DNA of 32,000 nt from Candidatus Saccharimonadota bacterium (GTDB taxonomy: Bacteria > Pseudomonadota > Gammaproteobacteria > Enterobacterales > Enterobacteriaceae). The position numbers and the translations under genes were made by a program. Location: contig NZ_CP010048.1 in assembly GCF_000973505.1 (NCBI RefSeq), forward strand, positions 1 through 32,000, in the 5' to 3' direction. The notes beneath the pieces were generated by a model. It ran no database searches. It was not told the DNA's origin and was given only the letters and a program-made list of their open reading frames with translations. This document shows, one piece after another, positions 25,914 to 32,000 of the stretch. The stretch's first letter is position 1. Each line of letters opens with the position of its first letter.

Positions 25914-25940
25914 TAACCACCATTCAGTGAATGGTGGTTA
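25914..25940. terminator. Bidirectional intrinsic terminator between convergent glyS and sodA
   Basis: Perfect 12-bp stem TAACCACCATTC (25914-25925) / GAATGGTGGTTA (25929-25940) with a 3-nt loop. It starts 2 nt after the glyS TAA. T-rich sequence follows on the + strand (GATGATTTTGATTT) and on the - strand (TTTATTTTTTTCC). It is unusually GC-rich for this genome. Confidence 0.72.
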
Positions 25941-26002
25941 GATGATTTTGATTTATAAATTTAATTTATTAAATGTTTTAGTTCTTTTCTTTATTTTAAA
26001 TT

Positions 26003-26629
26003 TTAAAATGAATCATTCAGTCGTCGTGATACTTCTTCCCAATTTACAATATTCCAAAATGATTGGATGTAATTTATTTTGTTGTTTCGATATTTTAAGT
26101 AATAGGCGTGTTCCCAAATGTCCAAACATAAAATTGGGTAGGAATAATCTTCTCCAGATATTTCTTTTCCCATGAGCGGGTTATCTTGATTACTTGTTGA
26201 AATTATATGCAATGTATTGTCGTGTTTTTTTACTAACCAAATCCATCCAGATCCGAATTTGTTTATAGCGCATTTTTCGAATTGTTCTTTGAAAGCGTGT
26301 ATACTGTTGAAATTGTATTCGATTACATTTTTCAGTTGTCCTTCCAGGGTTGTATTTTTTTTTAGCATTTTCCAAAACAAGGTGTGATTAATATGGCCAC
26401 CTGCATTATTTCTTAGTGTTGTTTGTGATTGTCCTGTTATGTTTTTTAGTTCTTTAATTAGTTTTTCTATAGAGGTTTTATTATATTGTTCTAGATTTTT
26501 TAATACTGAATTAGCATTGTTAATATATGTTTGATGATGTTTGGTATGGTGTATTTTCATTGTTTCTTCGTCAATGAACGGTTCTAATGCATTATATGGA
26601 TAGGACAATGTTGGTAATGTAAAAGTCAT
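26003..26629 (-). CDS. sodA: Superoxide dismutase (Mn type)
   Basis: 208-aa [67 protein letters not shown] and [14 protein letters not shown] parallel E. coli SodA, including the metal ligands. AAGGAG lies 6 nt upstream of the ATG. Confidence 0.95.
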   Translation of the reverse strand: MTFTLPTLSYPYNALEPFIDEETMKIHHTKHHQTYINNANSVLKNLEQYNKTSIEKLIKELKNITGQSQTTLRNNAGGHINHTLFWKMLKKNTTLEGQLKNVIEYNFNSIHAFKEQFEKCAINKFGSGWIWLVKKHDNTLHIISTSNQDNPLMGKEISGEDYSYPILCLDIWEHAYYLKYRNNKINYIQSFWNIVNWEEVSRRLNDSF

Positions 26630-27065
26630 AATTTCTCCTTATACAAGGTTATTTTTTTTTGAAAAATGAAGATTTTGTTATATGAATAACATAATGTATG
26701 ATAGCATACAATATGGTTTTAAAAAAGTACTTTTATTATTTTTAGTATGTTTGTTGACATAGAAAAAAATATTAATTGATTATAATTCGATGATTATATT
26801 GTTTTATTAGTGTTATTTGTTTGAAGTTAATGTGAATATCTTTTTGCAATTCGCATTTTTTATTTTATGTGTTTTTGTTGTATGTGTTTTTTGATATGTG
26901 ATATCAGTTGGAATAATATTTGTATTAGAAATTTTAATGAGTATTGATAATTTTAATATGTTGTTTGCTTTGTTAGTTTTATAAATGAATAGTCAGTTTT
27001 ATACATGAATATTGTGGTAGGATTTTAATGTATATATGTTTTTTTGATAAAATAGTTATAATTAT

Positions 27066-29108
27066 ATGGTCAATCCTTTATTAAGTCAGTTTTATTTACC
27101 ACCGTTTTCTTTAATTCATAGTTCGGATATTGAATGTGCTGTTAGGGTGATAGTAAGTTATTGTTATGAAATTGTGGAGGAGGTTTTATCGCAGTTTCCT
27201 CATACTTGGGACAATTTGTGTTATCCGTTATTATTATCAGAAAATCAATTATGCCGTGTTTGGTCTCCAATAGAGCACTTATATGCTGTGAAAAACACCC
27301 CCGGGTTATGTCAGTCATATAAGAAAAGTAAAGCTATTATTGTTGAGTATGAAGTTTGGATTAGTCAAAATTATTCTTTGTATTGTGCATATTATAGTTT
27401 AAGAAATAGCAATGGTTATTTAAATTTAACGAGATCACAAAAAAGATTTGTGACAAACGCTCTGTCTGGGTTTGTATTTTCTGGTTGTGAGTTGTCAATA
27501 GTAAAACGAACGAGATATGCAAGAATTTATAAAAAATTATCAAGTTTAATTAATATATACAATGATAATGTTTTAAATGCTACAAATTCTTGGAAAAAAG
27601 TGATACTTGATAAAGAAAGATTATATGGATTGTCTAATTATGATTTAGAAATGATCGCGTATGATTCAAACATACACAATAGGAACTGTAGTAGTTGGTT
27701 GTTGACTTTAGAGTATCCTGTGTATTTATCAGTAATGAAGTATTGTGAAGATAGTGTTTTACGTGAAGAGATGTATTGGGCATATAATACTCGAGCTTCT
27801 GATCAGGGACCAGACTTGGGACGTTGGGATAATACTTTAGTTATAGATGAAATATTATCATTACGTTATGAATTAGCTAAATTATTAGGATTTAATAATT
27901 ATTCTGATACAGTTTTAATAAATAGAATGGCTAAAAATTCTCATCAAGTAATATCGTTTCTTCAAAATTTATCTGCTAGCATATGTTCGCATGCGAATGT
28001 TTTTTTTGTAGATTTAAAAAAATTTGTTCAAAAATATTATGGATATAATAAATTATATCCATGGGATATACTGTTTTATATTGAAAAACAGAAGAGACAT
28101 TTATTTTTTTTATCTGAAATAGAATTGCGTGAATATTTTCCTGTTAATCATGTGCTTAATGGTATTTTCAAAATAGTTAATTGCATTTATGGTATTAGTA
28201 TTTATGAACGTTATACAATTGATGTTTGGCATCCTGATGTGCGATTTTTTGATGTTCTAGATCTAGATGGTCACTGGTTAGGTGGTTTTTATTTAGATAT
28301 GTATTCTCGTAATGATAAATTTCCAGGGGCTTGGATGGATGATTTTGTGTCTATGATGTATAATGTCTGTGGTGTTAAACAAAGGCCTATTGCATATCTA
28401 ATATGTAATTTTAATATTATGAATGATAAGGAGTGCATTTGTTTATCTCATGATGAGGTAAGCACGTTATTGCATGAATTTGGACATGTGTTGCATCATA
28501 TTATGACTATTGTTGATATTCCCGGGGTGTCTGGGATTCATGGTGTGCCATTAGATGCAGTGGAAGTACCTAGTCAATTTATGGAAAAATTTTGTTGGGA
28601 TTTTGAAGTATTAAAAGTAATTACTTCACATTTTTTAACGGGTGAGTCATTATCTGTGAGTTTAATAAATCAACTTTTAAAATTAAAGAAATATCAATCA
28701 TCATATAATTTATTATATCAATTAATATATAGTATATTTGATATACGTATATATAGTGAGTTTCGTTCTAATGAATATTTTGATTTTATGAAGATATTTA
28801 ATAATATAAAAGAGCAATTATTAATATTTCCACACATGGAATGGGAGAGGTTTCCTCATTCATTTAGTCATATTTTTTCTTGTGATTATGCTGCAGGGTA
28901 TTATAGTTATTTATGGTCTGATATGTTGGCTTCGGATATTTGGTATTGTTTTATAGATCATGGAGTGTTAAATTCTCAAATAGGGAAATTATTTTTGAAT
29001 AAAATTCTTATTCATGGCGGTTCAGAAGAATTTTCTGATTTATTTTTTTCTTTTTGTAATAAAGTGGTGAGTACAAAGTGTTTATTGAAATATTATTATG
29101 GAATGTAG
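27066..29108 (+). CDS. prlC: Oligopeptidase A (M3 zinc metallopeptidase)
   Basis: 680-aa ORF, the same length as E. coli PrlC as I recall. N-terminus M.NPLL..F.LPPFS, zinc motif LLHEFGHVLHH, downstream E (VEVPSQFME), and a FSHIF...YAAGYYSYLWS block. Confidence 0.93.
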   Translation: MVNPLLSQFYLPPFSLIHSSDIECAVRVIVSYCYEIVEEVLSQFPHTWDNLCYPLLLSENQLCRVWSPIEHLYAVKNTPGLCQSYKKSKAIIVEYEVWISQNYSLYCAYYSLRNSNGYLNLTRSQKRFVTNALSGFVFSGCELSIVKRTRYARIYKKLSSLINIYNDNVLNATNSWKKVILDKERLYGLSNYDLEMIAYDSNIHNRNCSSWLLTLEYPVYLSVMKYCEDSVLREEMYWAYNTRASDQGPDLGRWDNTLVIDEILSLRYELAKLLGFNNYSDTVLINRMAKNSHQVISFLQNLSASICSHANVFFVDLKKFVQKYYGYNKLYPWDILFYIEKQKRHLFFLSEIELREYFPVNHVLNGIFKIVNCIYGISIYERYTIDVWHPDVRFFDVLDLDGHWLGGFYLDMYSRNDKFPGAWMDDFVSMMYNVCGVKQRPIAYLICNFNIMNDKECICLSHDEVSTLLHEFGHVLHHIMTIVDIPGVSGIHGVPLDAVEVPSQFMEKFCWDFEVLKVITSHFLTGESLSVSLINQLLKLKKYQSSYNLLYQLIYSIFDIRIYSEFRSNEYFDFMKIFNNIKEQLLIFPHMEWERFPHSFSHIFSCDYAAGYYSYLWSDMLASDIWYCFIDHGVLNSQIGKLFLNKILIHGGSEEFSDLFFSFCNKVVSTKCLLKYYYGM

Positions 29109-29251
29109 ATAGTTTATTGTTGTATCATGTTTTCGATGTTAGTGTTGTTTAATTTGAATTTATATGTATATTGTAGGTCAAAGTATTTAGTAGTTTATTA
29201 TTTATGTATGTTGGTGATTTAATTTATGGATTATGAAAATCTGTTATACGT

Positions 29252-30883
29252 TTATTGTAAAAAAAATTTTAGTATTATCCAATATAATAGACTGCTTAAG
29301 ATAATTGAAATCGGTAATGTTAATATCCAATTTATCAGGATGTTTTTCACTATTTTATTTTGTATACCATGTCCAGACATTAACATGCTGCCTGCCATGG
29401 ATGACGATAGAACGTGGGTGGTTGAAACAGGCATGCCGGCATAACTTGCTATACCTATGGCAATGGCTGTTGTGACTTGCGTAGCGAGTCCTTGGGCATA
29501 TGTCATGTCTTTTTTTCCTATTTTTTCTCCTATAGTAGTTGCAACGCGTTTCCAACCAATAATAGTTCCTAATGATAATGATATTGCAACTGTGATAATA
29601 ATCCATAATGGAGCGTATTCAATTGTGTGTAATAAATGTTGTTTTAATTTTGTGAATTGATATTTTTCGATAGATGAGACGTTTGGTGATTTTGATATTG
29701 CGTCTATGATTTCTAATATACATAGTAATAAATATCGTAATTGTGACCTTTCATGAGGGTTTAGTTGATCATATGTGTGTAGGTCTTTTAATAATAATAA
29801 TGTGTGGTTTATGATATTTAAATTAGATATAAGATCATTATCATATAGCGTGAGCGTGTCGTGTTTTGTTTTTATATTTGGTATTTGATGTGTGTTGTTT
29901 GTTTGTTTATATGATATTGTGTTGTTTTTTGTTGTTTGAATTTGTTTATTAGATAGCGTTATTTGTGAATCTTGTATGAATTTTTGTTGTTTTAAGATAA
30001 GACCTTGCTTTTGGTAAATTTTGTTGAGTTGATGTATATTTTGTTGAGAATATGTGTTTATGTAGTATTGATGCAAGTAGTTGATTGCTGCACGAGTGTG
30101 TTCGATTTCGTATTGAGTGGTATTCATGTTAATTATAAAACTAGTTGGGATTACACCGATTAGGAGCAGCATGATTAAACCAATACCTTTTTGTCCGTCA
30201 TTAGCTCCATGTGAAAAGCTAACGCCAGCAGAAGAAACAATTAATATACTTCTGAGTAGAACAGGTGGTTGTCGTTTTCCATTTTTTTGTTCTTTTTCAG
30301 ATGGTGTCATGTGTATATAACAAGTTTGTTTATCATTTTTCCAGTATTGACATAATATTAACATTATTATTTTAGCAAAGAATAAACCTATTAGTGGAGA
30401 AATGATTAATGATAAAAGTATTTCTATTAATTTTTGAATATTTAATCCCTGTGCAAATTGACAGTGTGTTGTGATTGTGTTGATTATTCCAATACCAATT
30501 AGTGCACCAATTAAAGTATGGGAACTGGATGTTGGTAATCGTAAATACCATGTGGAGAGATTCCATAAAATAGCCGCGAATAGTATTGAGAATACCATAG
30601 CTAAAATATGATGGGGATTGTTATTGATTATTAATTGCATTGGAAGCAGATGAATGATTGTATAAGCAACACTTAATCCACTAAAAGTAACTCCTAAAAA
30701 ATTAAATATTCCTGAAATAGCGACTGCTGGTCTAGATTGTAAAGCACAGGTGTAAATTACAGTAACTACTGAATTTGATGTGTCGTGAAATCCGTTGATG
30801 GCTTCGTAAATAAATATGAGAACTAATGTACAGATTAACATAATTCTAATATGAAGTTCTAAATCGGCAAATAAATGTATCAT
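29252..30883 (-). CDS. pitA: Low-affinity inorganic phosphate transporter (PiT family)
   Basis: 543-aa ORF colinear with E. coli PitA. YEAINGFHDT.N.V.TVIYT, SSSHTLIGALIGIG, FSHGANDGQKGIGLIMLLLIGV, IEYAP.WII, GWKRVATTIGEKIGKKDMTYAQG and GMPVSTTHVLSSS are present. The central loop is expanded (see finding). Confidence 0.93.
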   Translation of the reverse strand: MIHLFADLELHIRIMLICTLVLIFIYEAINGFHDTSNSVVTVIYTCALQSRPAVAISGIFNFLGVTFSGLSVAYTIIHLLPMQLIINNNPHHILAMVFSILFAAILWNLSTWYLRLPTSSSHTLIGALIGIGIINTITTHCQFAQGLNIQKLIEILLSLIISPLIGLFFAKIIMLILCQYWKNDKQTCYIHMTPSEKEQKNGKRQPPVLLRSILIVSSAGVSFSHGANDGQKGIGLIMLLLIGVIPTSFIINMNTTQYEIEHTRAAINYLHQYYINTYSQQNIHQLNKIYQKQGLILKQQKFIQDSQITLSNKQIQTTKNNTISYKQTNNTHQIPNIKTKHDTLTLYDNDLISNLNIINHTLLLLKDLHTYDQLNPHERSQLRYLLLCILEIIDAISKSPNVSSIEKYQFTKLKQHLLHTIEYAPLWIIITVAISLSLGTIIGWKRVATTIGEKIGKKDMTYAQGLATQVTTAIAIGIASYAGMPVSTTHVLSSSMAGSMLMSGHGIQNKIVKNILINWILTLPISIILSSLLYWIILKFFLQ

Positions 30884-31249
30884 GGAAACATACGCTATTT
30901 TTTAATATATAACTATTCTCTTGACTCGTAATTAGTGATGATTTTCGGCTTGAGGAGAGAAATGTATATTTTGAAATTTTATTTAATGGTACATTATTAT
31001 TTCATATGGTAGTTTATTTTTATAAAGATTTTTTTAATTTTGTATATAAATTGGTTATTATAATTTGGATATTGAATGATTTTATAGATTTTAGAGGGTA
31101 TTTTTTTTGATGATGATTGTTTATTTATTAAACTTTTTGGGATGTGTATTTTTTAGTGAAATACTATGTGAATAGTAATCATCTTATATTTTATTTTTTA
31201 ATTATTATTAAATTTGTTTAATAGTGATGGTATTTACTGATATTAATAA

Positions 31250-31270
31250 TTAATAGTTAATAGTTAATAG
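31250..31270. repeat. Microsatellite (TTAATAG)x3
   Basis: Three perfect 7-nt units at 31250-31256, 31257-31263 and 31264-31270 in the pitA-ubiA spacer. Confidence 0.85.
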
Positions 31271-31523
31271 TCTGTGTTGTTTGAAATTTTGTTTAATATG
31301 CTGTGGTTTATGTATTAATAGCATTTTAATTATGAGTAATGATTATTAGGTGTATGTGAAATATTTTTTTAGTAAATTAAAAATGATTAAGTATAGTTAA
31401 TATGATTGTTGAATTTTTACAATGTAAATATAATTAATAATCTTTGATTGTTTCTTGAAATATGGTGATATTTTAGTGAAATTTGTTTTAAATACATTAA
31501 AAAATAAATTTTTAGTTAAATTT

Positions 31524-32000
31524 ATGACAGTTTTTTGTACAATATATTTATTTCCGTGGCGTGGTATATTTAAGTTGATGCGGGTAGATAAGCCAATAGG
31601 TTTTTTTTTGTTACTTTGGCCAACGTTGTGGGCCTTGTGGCTATCTGAGGAAAAAATACCTAATTATTATGTGTTGGCAATGTTTATTATAGGTGTTTTT
31701 TTGGTGCGTTCATTTGGTTGTGTAATTAATGATTGTGTTGATAAAGATATTGATTGTTATGTTCGTCGTACTAGTAGTCGGCCTTTGTTGTCTGGAATGG
31801 TTAGTATACAAAAGGCATTAATATTATTTGTGGTGTTATTAGTTATTTCGTTTGTTTTACTTTGTTTGCTTGATACTAGTAGACAGACTATTTTGTTATC
31901 ATGTATAACGTTATTGTTAGTTTGTATGTATCCGTATACTAAAAGGTGTATACCTTGTCCTCAGTTATTTTTGGGAATAACGTTTGGATGTTCTATTTTG
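31524..32000 (+). CDS. ubiA: 4-hydroxybenzoate polyprenyltransferase, 5' partial (runs off the window)
   Basis: Not in the ORF track because no stop falls in the window. My translation from ATG 31524 (159 codons, open to nt 32000) is [40 protein letters not shown]...[22 protein letters not shown].SG...YPYTKR....PQLFLG. E. coli UbiA reads [46 protein letters not shown]. Confidence 0.9.
   Translation, partial: [159 protein letters not shown]

Noticed and set aside
25942-26175. 77-aa + strand ORF starting just after the glyS terminator and running antisense into the sodA 3' end.
   Set aside because: It begins inside or after the terminator hairpin and overlaps 173 nt of the conserved sodA coding sequence. 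It has a hydrophobic low-complexity sequence and no Shine-Dalgarno. Most likely spurious.
26754-26786. Perfect TTGACA (26754-26759) and TATAAT (26781-26786) hexamers in the sodA-prlC spacer.
   Set aside because: The spacer between them is 21 nt, outside the 16-19 nt range of functional sigma-70 promoters. TATAAT-like words are ubiquitous in this composition, so I did not annotate promoters from hexamers alone.
29226-29444. 72-aa + strand ORF at the prlC/pitA convergent junction.
   Set aside because: It overlaps the strongly conserved C-terminal PitA segment (GMPVSTTHVLSSS) on the opposite strand, and I recognise no homology. Treated as a chance ORF.

Overview
This window holds the conserved replication and housekeeping core of a very AT-rich, strongly reduced gammaproteobacterial genome derived from Enterobacterales. 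About 30% G+C in the 1.5 kb I counted by hand. I identified genes only by recalling E. coli orthologue sequences and motifs; no searches were run. Gene order: mnmG, atpBEFHAGDC, glmU (+ strand); mnmE, yidC, yidD, rnpA, rpmH (- strand); dnaA, dnaN, gyrB, ibpA (+); an AI-2E/PerM-like permease (-); glyQ, glyS (+); sodA (-); prlC (+); pitA (-); the 5' part of ubiA (+). This is E. coli oriC-region synteny with the accessory genes deleted (rsmG, atpI, glmS, recF and ibpB are absent at their usual positions). It resembles what I remember of obligate insect endosymbionts such as ant-associated Blochmannia, but I cannot verify that. I see no mobile elements, CRISPR, tRNA/rRNA genes, defence islands or novel multi-gene system. 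The points most worth a second look concern replication. First, an origin-type strand-composition switch falls inside the mnmG ORF, about 1 kb from its ATG, leaving MnmG compositionally chimeric. Second, DnaA looks intact, but three of the six residues I recall as DnaA-box base contacts are substituted, and I found no good DnaA box by eye. Third, the rpmH-dnaA spacer carries two back-to-back tandem duplications. The remaining findings are lower value: an extended rnpA/yidD overlap, a duplicated U-rich leader before atpE, in-frame poly(A) runs, low-complexity loop expansions, ORF-free spacers, and one convincing bidirectional terminator.
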